Source of the DNA: Bryobacterales bacterium
Lineage (GTDB): Bacteria > Acidobacteriota > Terriglobia > Bryobacterales > UBA6623
Reading direction: 5' to 3'
Length of the DNA stretch: 64,000 nucleotides
NCBI GenBank assembly: GCA_965226385.1
Contig: OZ245359.1
Coordinates: 1,375,854 to 1,439,853, forward strand
In this document: piece after piece, positions 1 through 8,149 of the stretch
Layout of the letters: each line of letters opens with the position of its first letter
Numbering within the stretch: the first letter of the stretch is position 1
Program-made: the position numbers and the translations under genes
The notes under the pieces: generated by a model
Databases searched by the model: none
Told to the model about the DNA's origin: nothing
The model's input: only the letters and a program-made list of their open reading frames with translations

Positions 1-440
1 TAAAGTCCCAGCGGAGCGCCGAGCCCTCCAGTGCCGATCATCAGGATACTGGAACCTTTCAGACGACGCTGTCCTATCAGTCCAACTTCAGGGAGGATCA
101 GGTGACGGCTATAGCGAAGAATTTCCTCGTTTGAGAGTTCAGGCAATTCTTCCTCTGCAATTGCCGTTGATCCGCCCGCAATAGATGGAACAATGCTGAT
201 CAAACTGCCGGGTTCGAGCTTTGTTTCCGCGCGGTTAAGGTAACGGATATCCTCATCATCCACGTAGACATTTACAAAACTACGCAATTTCTCTTCGTCA
301 TTGAACAGGTTGCGCCGGACCTGAGGATAGGCCTCAACAAGTTTTTGCAGTGCTTCCCCAACCGTCGAGGCTTCGACCTCAACAGCATCAAGTCCCTGCA
401 CAAACTGACGCAAGGGGGTTGGAATCAGTATGCTTGCCAT
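1..440 (-). CDS. moeB: ThiS/MoaD-type ubiquitin-like domain fused to a MoeB/ThiF (E1-like) adenylyltransferase; 3' end cut by the window edge
   Basis: Not in the ORF track; translated by hand from ATG at 440: [31 protein letters not shown]...[14 protein letters not shown]...[63 protein letters not shown]. This is a beta-grasp domain ending in AGG, followed by the RYSRH and GxGGLG motifs of MoeB/ThiF. Confidence 0.9.
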   Translation of the reverse strand, partial: MASILIPTPLRQFVQGLDAVEVEASTVGEALQKLVEAYPQVRRNLFNDEEKLRSFVNVYVDDEDIRYLNRAETKLEPGSLISIVPSIAGGSTAIAEEELPELSNEEILRYSRHLILPEVGLIGQRRLKGSSILMIGTGGLGAPLGL

Positions 441-456
441 AGCTTCTTACCCTTTG

Positions 457-485
457 ATCCTATCAATCACCCTATTTCCTGTCAA
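457..485 (-). promoter_or_regulatory. Sigma70-type promoter for the Ubl-E1 fusion gene
   Basis: The minus strand reads TTGACA-N17-TAGGAT, ending 16 nt upstream of the ATG at 440. Confidence 0.6.
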
Positions 486-533
486 CAAACTAGAGATTGC
501 TGGACAACCCGGCAGGTTCAATCAAAACCCTGA

Positions 534-1124
534 TCATTTTTTTGATTCTGCCTGTACTCCGGACGGCTGGAACATTCTGATTCCAGCAATAGCTGCGGCA
601 CCTGCTTCCGCACATAGTTCTTCACGTTCCATCGTTACCCCGCCCAGTGCCGCAATTGGTACAGAGACTGCCTGACAGGCCTCACGAAGTCCCTTCAACC
701 CAGGAATATCCTGCCAGTGGGGCTTTGAACTAGTGAGGAAAACAGGTCCGAAAACCACCAGGTTGGCCCCTTCCCGTTCAGCTTTCCTGACCTGCTCAAG
801 CGTATGCGTGGAGACAGCAATCGTAAAGCTATCAGGAGTGCGTACTCGCTGCCTTACCTCAACGACAGAAGGACCGTCTGATGGTAAATGGATACCATGT
901 GCCCCGGCAGCCAAGGCCACATCAATTTGTGCATTGACCAGCACTTGGGTTGGAAAGGCTGCGACCCGCATTACTGCTTCCATGGTCAACTCCAGCAAAT
1001 CGTCAACAGGCAGGTCCTTTTCACGAATCTGTATCCACTCAACCCCTTGCCGGGCGTTGGACTCAATGCAATCCAGCAGGTCCCCATGACAGGTTTTGCG
1101 ATCAGTGATGTAATACCGCTTCAT
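534..1124 (-). CDS. thiE: Thiamine-phosphate synthase family protein (ThiE/TenI)
   Basis: Motifs YYITD, QIREKDL, VAVSTHT and GPVFLTSSKP, plus the ALGGV...AIAGI phosphate-binding end. HLPS in place of HLGQ is TenI-like. Confidence 0.75.
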   Translation of the reverse strand: MKRYYITDRKTCHGDLLDCIESNARQGVEWIQIREKDLPVDDLLELTMEAVMRVAAFPTQVLVNAQIDVALAAGAHGIHLPSDGPSVVEVRQRVRTPDSFTIAVSTHTLEQVRKAEREGANLVVFGPVFLTSSKPHWQDIPGLKGLREACQAVSVPIAALGGVTMEREELCAEAGAAAIAGIRMFQPSGVQAESKK

Positions 1125-1316
1125 TAGACTTGGTCTTTTTTTGAATCCTTGAATGTGACCGATGATGAGCCTTCCTGAGCATCCAAGTCAATTTTCGGCT
1201 ATTTCTCTGAGAAATTTTCTGTTTTCCTTGAAAATGTGCTTCAAACCAGAAAACTTAAGCAAAAATCCATCCTCACCATATGATTTCTTACCCATGAGTA
1301 CTCAGGTTGACAATGA

Positions 1317-1346
1317 TTGACTAAAGTTTAGTCATAGGTTTATACT
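1317..1346 (+). promoter_or_regulatory. Sigma70-type promoter of the dnaK operon, overlapped by an inverted repeat
   Basis: TTGACT (1317-1322)-N18-TATACT (1341-1346). A perfect inverted repeat TGACTAA-AGT-TTAGTCA at 1318-1334 covers the -35 element and spacer. Confidence 0.6.
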
Positions 1347-1417
1347 AAGGATTCATCAACATGTCTTCTTTTCCCAAGAAAGATGTTGCAAAAAAGTCGT
1401 ATTTTCAGCCGAGCAAT

Positions 1418-1438
1418 CTTGAGTACTAGTAATTCAGG
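1418..1438 (+). promoter_or_regulatory. HAIR-like HspR operator
   Basis: CTTGAGT-ACTAGTA-ATTCAGG versus the HAIR consensus CTTGAGT-N7-ACTCAAG (left arm 7/7, right arm 5/7). It lies upstream of dnaK in an operon ending in hspR. Confidence 0.6.
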
Positions 1439-1485
1439 AGGTTACTGCCGGACACTAGACAAGCGACGGACGAAAGGAATATTGC

Positions 1486-3408
1486 ATGGGCAAAGTAATT
1501 GGAATTGATTTGGGGACAACCAACTCTGTCGTCGCCATAATGCAGGCTGGGCAACCCACCGTAATCGCAAACCAGGAAGGTACCAGGACGACACCTTCCG
1601 TGGTGGCATTTGCAAAGAAAGACGAGCGTCTGGTGGGGCATACCGCCAAGCGTCAGTCAGTCACAAACCCGGAAGCAACGATCTATTCAATCAAAAGATT
1701 CATGGGTCGCAGGCCGGAAGAAGTCTCTGAAGAGACCAAGCTGGTACCTTACAAGCTCAAGGCAGCGGGAGACCTGATCAAAGTCGTTGTTCAAGGCAAG
1801 GAATACTCACCACAAGAGATCTCGGCCATGGTGCTGGGCAAGCTCAAGGAATCCGCCGAAGCCTATCTGGGCGAAAAAGTCACGGATGCCGTCATTACCG
1901 TTCCAGCATATTTTAATGACTCACAACGCCAGGCTACCAAGGATGCTGGCAAGATCGCTGGCCTGAATGTGCAGCGCATCATCAACGAACCAACTGCTGC
2001 AGCCCTGGCGTACGGTCTTGACAAGAAGGGCAACGAAACGATTGCTGTCTACGATTTCGGAGGGGGGACGTTTGATATCTCGATCCTCGAAGTTGGCGAA
2101 GGTGTCGTTGAAGTAAAAGCAACCAATGGGGATACCCATCTGGGTGGCGACAACCTTGACAGCACAATCATCGAATGGATTATTGCTGAGTTCAAGAAAG
2201 ACCAGGGCATTGATATTTCAAAAGATACGATGGCATTACAGCGATTGCGGGAAGCAGCTGAGAAAGCCAAGATGGACCTTTCGACACTCCTGGAAAGCGA
2301 GATCAACCTGCCCTTCATCACCGCTGACGCAAGCGGACCGAAGCATCTGCAAATGAATCTGACACGGGCACATCTTGAGACTATGATTAGACCGCTGATC
2401 AACCGTACTCTCGACCCTTGCAAGAAAGCGCTGAAAGACGCCAGTCTCACACCACAGCAAATTGACCAGGTCGTGATGGTCGGTGGGTCCACGCGCATCC
2501 CGCTGGTCCTGAAGAAGGTGCAGGGCCTGTTCGGCAAGGAGCCCCACAAGGGCGTCAACCCTGACGAGGTCGTGGCCATCGGGGCTGCCGTCCAGGGCGG
2601 AGTACTGAGCGGGGAAGTCAAGGACGTATTGCTGCTTGACGTGACGCCCCTTTCACTGGGTATTGAGACCTTGGGTGGAGTGTTCACCAAGCTCATCGAA
2701 CGGAACACAACCATTCCAACACGCAAGTCCGAGGTTTTCTCGACTGCTGCTGACAACCAGAATTCCGTTGAGATCAAGGTCCAGCAAGGCGAGCGTTCCA
2801 TGGCAACTAATAACAGGCTGCTGGGCGTGTTCCAACTGGTTGGGATCCCACCCGCTCCACGGGGCATCCCGCAAGTCGAAGTGACCTTCGATATCGACGC
2901 CAACGGCATCCTGAATGTCTCGGCCAAGGACAAGGCTACTCACAAGCAACAGCAGATCACCATCACGAGTTCTTCCGGTCTCTCGCAGGAAGAGATCGAA
3001 AAAATGGCCAAGGATGCGGAGGTAAATTCCGCTGAAGATGAAAAACGACGCACAGAAGTTGAAGCTCGCAATCAGGCCGACTCGATGATCTACTCCACGG
3101 AGAAAACACTGAGCGAGCATCGCGACAAGATCAATGCGGCTGACGCGGAAAAGATTGAACAAGAGCTCGAAGCGGCCCGTTCTGCAGTCAAGGACGGCAC
3201 GGCAGAAGAGATCCAGAAGGCTCTCGACAACCTCACCCAGGCCACCCACAAGCTTTCCGAAGCGATGTACAAATCACAAGCCGAGAGTGCTGCATCAGAT
3301 TCTTCCTCTACAAGTACGGATGCCAGCAATGCCAGCGAATCAGGCGGGAGTGATGATGATGTTGTGGATGCAGAATTCGTGGATGCCGACGAGAATACGA
3401 AGTCCTAG
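1486..3408 (+). CDS. dnaK: Molecular chaperone DnaK (Hsp70)
   Basis: [43 protein letters not shown]; C-terminal DVVDAEF. Confidence 0.99.
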   Translation: MGKVIGIDLGTTNSVVAIMQAGQPTVIANQEGTRTTPSVVAFAKKDERLVGHTAKRQSVTNPEATIYSIKRFMGRRPEEVSEETKLVPYKLKAAGDLIKVVVQGKEYSPQEISAMVLGKLKESAEAYLGEKVTDAVITVPAYFNDSQRQATKDAGKIAGLNVQRIINEPTAAALAYGLDKKGNETIAVYDFGGGTFDISILEVGEGVVEVKATNGDTHLGGDNLDSTIIEWIIAEFKKDQGIDISKDTMALQRLREAAEKAKMDLSTLLESEINLPFITADASGPKHLQMNLTRAHLETMIRPLINRTLDPCKKALKDASLTPQQIDQVVMVGGSTRIPLVLKKVQGLFGKEPHKGVNPDEVVAIGAAVQGGVLSGEVKDVLLLDVTPLSLGIETLGGVFTKLIERNTTIPTRKSEVFSTAADNQNSVEIKVQQGERSMATNNRLLGVFQLVGIPPAPRGIPQVEVTFDIDANGILNVSAKDKATHKQQQITITSSSGLSQEEIEKMAKDAEVNSAEDEKRRTEVEARNQADSMIYSTEKTLSEHRDKINAADAEKIEQELEAARSAVKDGTAEEIQKALDNLTQATHKLSEAMYKSQAESAASDSSSTSTDASNASESGGSDDDVVDAEFVDADENTKS

Positions 3409-3444
3409 AATGCGTTTGATTATCTAGTCTTTTGATGCGGAAGG

Positions 3445-4596
3445 ATGGCAACTGACAGCAGTCCCGACTTTTACTCAAGGCTGAATGTCTCACGCGATGC
3501 GAAACAAGAAGTCATTCGCAAGTCCTATCGTCGACTGGCCCGGAAATATCACCCGGATGTCAATCCTGGCGACTCCGTTGCTGAGAAACGCTTCAAGGAA
3601 ATCCGTGAAGCCTATGATATTCTCAGCGACGCTAAAAAAAGAAAGTTCTATGACAAGTGGGGCTTTTACTCTGACCAGGCATACGCCCAGGGGAGCCGCG
3701 CAGGACCTGAGAGAACAGCACCTGGCGGGATCAACTTCGACGGTTTTGATTTTCCGGGTTATTCCGGGCAAACAGGGGGTAGCGGCGGGTTCGAAACCAT
3801 CTTTGATTCATTGTTAGGTCGAAGAAGGAGTTGGGCAGGGCAGGAGAAACGAACAGGTGAAGACCTCGAGTACTCCATGGAAATCGGCTTCGGGGAAGCC
3901 ATCAAGGGAACATCGGCTCGCCTGAACATCACACGACTCGCAAAATGCAGGCCATGTGGTGGATCAGGAACAACACGGGGAGCCAGTGCACAGGTCTGTC
4001 CAACCTGTAATGGTACCGGTCAAGGCCACCAACAGAGCCAGAACATGCGATTCAGTATCCCCTGCCCAACTTGCCGGGGACAGGGTTCGACTCTCAGCCC
4101 CTGTTCAAATTGCCGCGGAGAGGGTCGTACAAGCAAGAACAGTTTGATCGACGTGCGTATTCCCGCAGGCACCCAGGAAAACGGACGACTGCGTCTGCAG
4201 AGCAAGGGAAATGATGGGTTGAAGGGCGGACCACCTGGAGATCTTTACATCACAGCAGTTGTAGGCAAGCATCCTTTTTTCGAACGAAAGGGTTACGATA
4301 TTCACACTAAGGTTCCAATCACTCCGGCTGAAGCCATTCTGGGAGCAAAGATCGAGGTGCCGACCATTGATGGCACGGCCTTGCTCAAGATTCCACCAGC
4401 CACGAACTCGGGCAAGGTTTTTCGGGTTCGAGAACGAGGGATAAAACATCCCAACAGCGCTAAACGGGGACACCAGTTTGTGTGTATTTCGATCGTGGTG
4501 CCGGAAATTCCGGAAGAGAGTACCAAAAAACTGATGCAACGATACAAGGAACTCAATCCAGAGAATCCTCGTGAAAACCTGCTCGAGGAGTTTTGA
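3445..4596 (+). CDS. dnaJ: Co-chaperone DnaJ (class A, zinc finger)
   Basis: J domain with HPD, a G/F-rich region, four CxxCxGxG repeats (CRPCGGSG, CPTCNGTG, CPTCRGQG, CSNCRGEG) and the C-terminal GDLY domain. Confidence 0.97.
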   Translation: MATDSSPDFYSRLNVSRDAKQEVIRKSYRRLARKYHPDVNPGDSVAEKRFKEIREAYDILSDAKKRKFYDKWGFYSDQAYAQGSRAGPERTAPGGINFDGFDFPGYSGQTGGSGGFETIFDSLLGRRRSWAGQEKRTGEDLEYSMEIGFGEAIKGTSARLNITRLAKCRPCGGSGTTRGASAQVCPTCNGTGQGHQQSQNMRFSIPCPTCRGQGSTLSPCSNCRGEGRTSKNSLIDVRIPAGTQENGRLRLQSKGNDGLKGGPPGDLYITAVVGKHPFFERKGYDIHTKVPITPAEAILGAKIEVPTIDGTALLKIPPATNSGKVFRVRERGIKHPNSAKRGHQFVCISIVVPEIPEESTKKLMQRYKELNPENPRENLLEEF

Positions 4597-5039
4597 TGAT
4601 GGAGAGAAAGAACAGGATCAAGGGGTCCTACACGATCTCTGTTGTAGCGGAGCAGTTCAAGGTGCATCCACAGACCTTGCGGCTATACGAGCGAGAGGGC
4701 CTGCTACTGCCTTCACGCACTGAAGGCAACACGCGACTCTACACAGACAAGGACATTGAACGGCTGGACGTGATTCTCTCACTAACTAGGGACCTGGGAG
4801 TCAATCTTGCCGGGGTCGAGATTATCCTCAACATGCGCAACAAGATGGATGAGATGCAACGGCAGATCCAGGAATTTGTGCAGTACGTCAACAAGTCCAT
4901 GTCCTGGGCTGAGAATTTGAACGATGAAGAAATCTCGAATGCCTTGATCCCAGTCAAGAGCCGCCTGCCAGTACGCTCAAAGGCCAGTAAAGCAGAGGAT
5001 TCCCTTGTAAAACCAGGATTAAAAGCCAATAAATCCTGA
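4593..5039 (+). CDS. hspR: MerR-family heat-shock repressor HspR
   Basis: YTISVVAEQFKVHPQTLRLYEREGLLLPSRTEGNTRLY...GVNLAGVEIIL is the HspR signature. It overlaps the dnaJ stop codon. Confidence 0.9.
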   Translation: MMMERKNRIKGSYTISVVAEQFKVHPQTLRLYEREGLLLPSRTEGNTRLYTDKDIERLDVILSLTRDLGVNLAGVEIILNMRNKMDEMQRQIQEFVQYVNKSMSWAENLNDEEISNALIPVKSRLPVRSKASKAEDSLVKPGLKANKS

Positions 5040-5076
5040 CTTGGAAACCAGGCTGGAACCACCTGAACAGATCAGT

Positions 5077-6390
5077 TTAGATTATTTCGACCGAGTGCAG
5101 AATGATCAGCAGGATACTGATCGGTGCAGGGTATTTCAGCATCCAGAGCCAGAACCTGTAAAAGCGGGCCAGGGCACTGCCTTCCTCAAAGATACCCTGA
5201 CGCAGAGCTGCATCCATACGCCAGGCTACCAACAGGGCAATGCCCAGACCTCCAAAGGGCATCAAACACTTTGAAATCAGTATGTCAGCAATGCTGAACC
5301 ATTCTGCACTCAAGGTAGCGGGGATCCCACACGCCAAGATGGCTGTAGCAGAAATGAGAGATGCCTTGCGACGTAGCATTCCATGCTCGTCGATCAGGTA
5401 AGCAACAACAACCTCTAACAGGGCAATTGCACTGGTCAAGGCCGCAAAAACAAGCATCACGAAGAAGCTGACTGCCAGGATTGCGCCCCCTGTCATTTGT
5501 GACAAGGCAATCGGAACCGTAACAAACAGCAACCCCGGTCCCGCACCTGGCTCAAGACCAAAAGAAAAAACAATCGGGAACAGCATGGTGGAGGCAATCA
5601 TGGCAACCAGGGTGTCCATCCCTGCTGTCACCACGGAGGCAGTCGCTGCATCATCATTCACACGAAGATAGCTGCCATAAGTAACCATCATTCCCCCACC
5701 AAGACTCAGGGTAAAAAACGAATGACCAAGTGCTTCAAGCACACCTTGGCCTGTCAGCTTGTCCATGCGCATGCCAAACAGGAAATCCAGCCCCTCCCCC
5801 CAGCCGGACAGCGTCATGGCATTACCCAACATGATGAGTAACAAAACAAGCAAGCTGGGCATCATGATCATTGCCCATCTTTCCAGCCCCTTCGACACTC
5901 CAGCTGAAACAACTAGAAAAGTCACTGCCAGGAAGATGAATTGCCATGTGGCTCCAAGCCATCCAGTTTCCTGCAGTGTTTGAAACAATGCCGGGATACT
6001 ATCAGTACTTTGCCCTGAAATCTGGTTGGTAATGGCAAGGTACATATAGTGCAAGCCCCAGCCGGCAACCGTTGAGTAGATTGTCAGCAAGGCAAACGAA
6101 CACAGAATGGCCATCAACCCAACGAAGGTCCATACGGGATGTCCCCCCTGTACACGATAGGCACCAACAGCAGAACTCTTTGAGGCTTGCCCAAGCAGAA
6201 TCTCTCCGATCAAGACCGGGACACCGACAATCAGGATGCACAGAAGGTAAACAAGAACGAATGCACCACCCCCGTTCTCGCCAGTAATGTAGGGGAATTT
6301 CCAGATATTTCCCAGACCAACTGCAGAGCCTGCGGCCGCCATGATGAAGCCGGTTCTTGAATTCCAATGGGACCTGCCCCGTTCAGCCAT
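5077..6390 (-). CDS. Sodium-dependent transporter, NSS/SNF (LeuT-like) family
   Basis: GSAVGLGNIWKFPY, NGGGAF, FFTLSLG, GPGLLF, AALTS motifs; multiple transmembrane segments. Confidence 0.95.
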   Translation of the reverse strand: MAERGRSHWNSRTGFIMAAAGSAVGLGNIWKFPYITGENGGGAFVLVYLLCILIVGVPVLIGEILLGQASKSSAVGAYRVQGGHPVWTFVGLMAILCSFALLTIYSTVAGWGLHYMYLAITNQISGQSTDSIPALFQTLQETGWLGATWQFIFLAVTFLVVSAGVSKGLERWAMIMMPSLLVLLLIMLGNAMTLSGWGEGLDFLFGMRMDKLTGQGVLEALGHSFFTLSLGGGMMVTYGSYLRVNDDAATASVVTAGMDTLVAMIASTMLFPIVFSFGLEPGAGPGLLFVTVPIALSQMTGGAILAVSFFVMLVFAALTSAIALLEVVVAYLIDEHGMLRRKASLISATAILACGIPATLSAEWFSIADILISKCLMPFGGLGIALLVAWRMDAALRQGIFEEGSALARFYRFWLWMLKYPAPISILLIILHSVEII

Positions 6391-6460
6391 TCGTTTCTAA
6401 ATCCTTTTCAGTCAAGTTGCCTGCTACAGCTCAACAGCCTTGTATGACTGATCCGTAGCA

Positions 6461-7729
6461 CTATGCAGTTACGACCTCATCAATGCCTTGTTCCCCTTCA
6501 GACTTGGCAATGATGGCCGCTCCGCAAGAGTCAGAGAATACATTGACCACAGTACGGTACATATCCAGTGGCCGATCCACAGCCAGCATTGCACCGACGA
6601 CTAGTTCAACCTGAGGGCCCGTCAAGTTCACAGCGTTCAGAACAATGAAGATGACAACCAAACCTGCAGAAGGAACCGCAGCAGCACCAATCGAGGCAAG
6701 CAATGCCGTCACTACAACCATCACCTGCGCAGCAATTCCAAGATGGACATCCATGACCTGAGCGATGAACAGTACCCCAGCACACTCGTACAAGGCGGTG
6801 CCATCCATGTTCACCGTCGCACCCATGGGCAGGACGAAGCTAGTCACACGATTTGATGCTCCGACCTTGTTTTCAACAGCATTCATCGTCACTGGCAGGG
6901 TTGCACCGGAGGAACTTGTCGAGAAAGCCATTATGATCGGTTGCATCATGTTCTTGAAGTGAACAACAGGATTAATACCACCCAACAATTTCAGAGCGAG
7001 TGGAAGCGTGACCAAAAGGTGAATGGTCAGTCCGCAGACCAGCATCAAGGCGTAAAGTCCCAGTGCCTTGAACGCCCCGAGACCAGTTGTGCCAACAAGC
7101 TTGGCAATCAGTGCAAAGACTCCTATCGGTGCAGCAATATGGATGATCCCACTGGTCAGGCTCATCATGGCTTCGAAGCCGGACTCGAATATGCCCAGGA
7201 GTGTTTGGCTGTGCTCCGACTTGAGGCTACTGATGCTGATACCAAGCAGGATCGCGAAGAAAATGATGGACAGCATTTTCGTCTCGGCTGCGGCTGCCAC
7301 AAGGTTCTCCGGGACGATGTCCATAATCAGGTCCACTGGAGACTGGACGACAGTCAATTGGGGTATCTGTCCGGTTTCAGCATTACCCAAGTCAGCACCC
7401 ACACCCGGTTGAATCAGGTTGACCATCAGGAGTCCAACCAGGCAAGCAAAAAAGCTGGTCAGCATGTAGTAGCCGAGAGTCTTGCTAAACAAGCGCCCCA
7501 ACCCTGCTCCTCTGCCTACGGAAGCAACACCTGCAACAATTGAAGTGAGTACCAGTGGGACGATGATCATCTTCAGTAGCTTGATGAACAACTGACCAAT
7601 CCAGCCAACCTTGTCAGCCAACACCTCCCCCCCGATTAATCCAGCAATCACACCAAGCAGCATTGCAATAGCAATCCGCCAGTGCAGCTCCTGATGCCAC
7701 TTTCTTTCGGAATCCAGCAAGGTATTCAT
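6461..7729 (-). CDS. Dicarboxylate/amino acid:cation symporter (DAACS, GltP-like)
   Basis: FIKLLKMIIVPLV, AFSTSSSGATLP, GATVNMDGTALY, DMYRTVVNV. Confidence 0.95.
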   Translation of the reverse strand: MNTLLDSERKWHQELHWRIAIAMLLGVIAGLIGGEVLADKVGWIGQLFIKLLKMIIVPLVLTSIVAGVASVGRGAGLGRLFSKTLGYYMLTSFFACLVGLLMVNLIQPGVGADLGNAETGQIPQLTVVQSPVDLIMDIVPENLVAAAAETKMLSIIFFAILLGISISSLKSEHSQTLLGIFESGFEAMMSLTSGIIHIAAPIGVFALIAKLVGTTGLGAFKALGLYALMLVCGLTIHLLVTLPLALKLLGGINPVVHFKNMMQPIIMAFSTSSSGATLPVTMNAVENKVGASNRVTSFVLPMGATVNMDGTALYECAGVLFIAQVMDVHLGIAAQVMVVVTALLASIGAAAVPSAGLVVIFIVLNAVNLTGPQVELVVGAMLAVDRPLDMYRTVVNVFSDSCGAAIIAKSEGEQGIDEVVTA

Positions 7730-8149
7730 AATTCTTCTTTGCGAGTATTAAGCATGTATGCAGTCAATGGTGATCCAGCTAAACTTAAACATGCACGATT
7801 ATTGCATTTTCAGGCAACTTGACCATTACAACGATCCACAGCTGCACCATTTCAAGTGTAATTCCAGTAACTGAGCAAATACCAGCATGCTATCCTACGG
7901 GGCAAAAGAGTTAACGGAGGTTCGTTCGGGTAGGCACTCTAAGCAAGCTACTGAATCGTGGATAAGGAGACTGGGTTTTAACCTTACCTGTCATGAGAAT
8001 TTGTGTGACCTGATTTTGCCCGAAATCAAGGAATTCCTTGAAATAAGATAACTGCTGTACAGTCCAGGATTGCAATATGATACGGCCCTGAAAATAGTAC
8101 CCCTGGAAGAGAGATTTTTTCGAGGGCAGAAAGTTAGATAGAGATAGTA

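Noticed and set aside
1125-1300. TPP riboswitch upstream of thiE
   Set aside because: No CTGAGA/ACCTG...GCGTAGG-type core could be found on the minus strand.
2049-3329. Antisense ORFs opposite dnaK (and likewise opposite groEL)
   Set aside because: Long antisense frames are a well-known by-product of codon bias in conserved chaperone genes.
7850-8149. Protein-like reading fragments upstream of the 8150 gene
   Set aside because: Short, interrupted by stops, and not assignable to any family.
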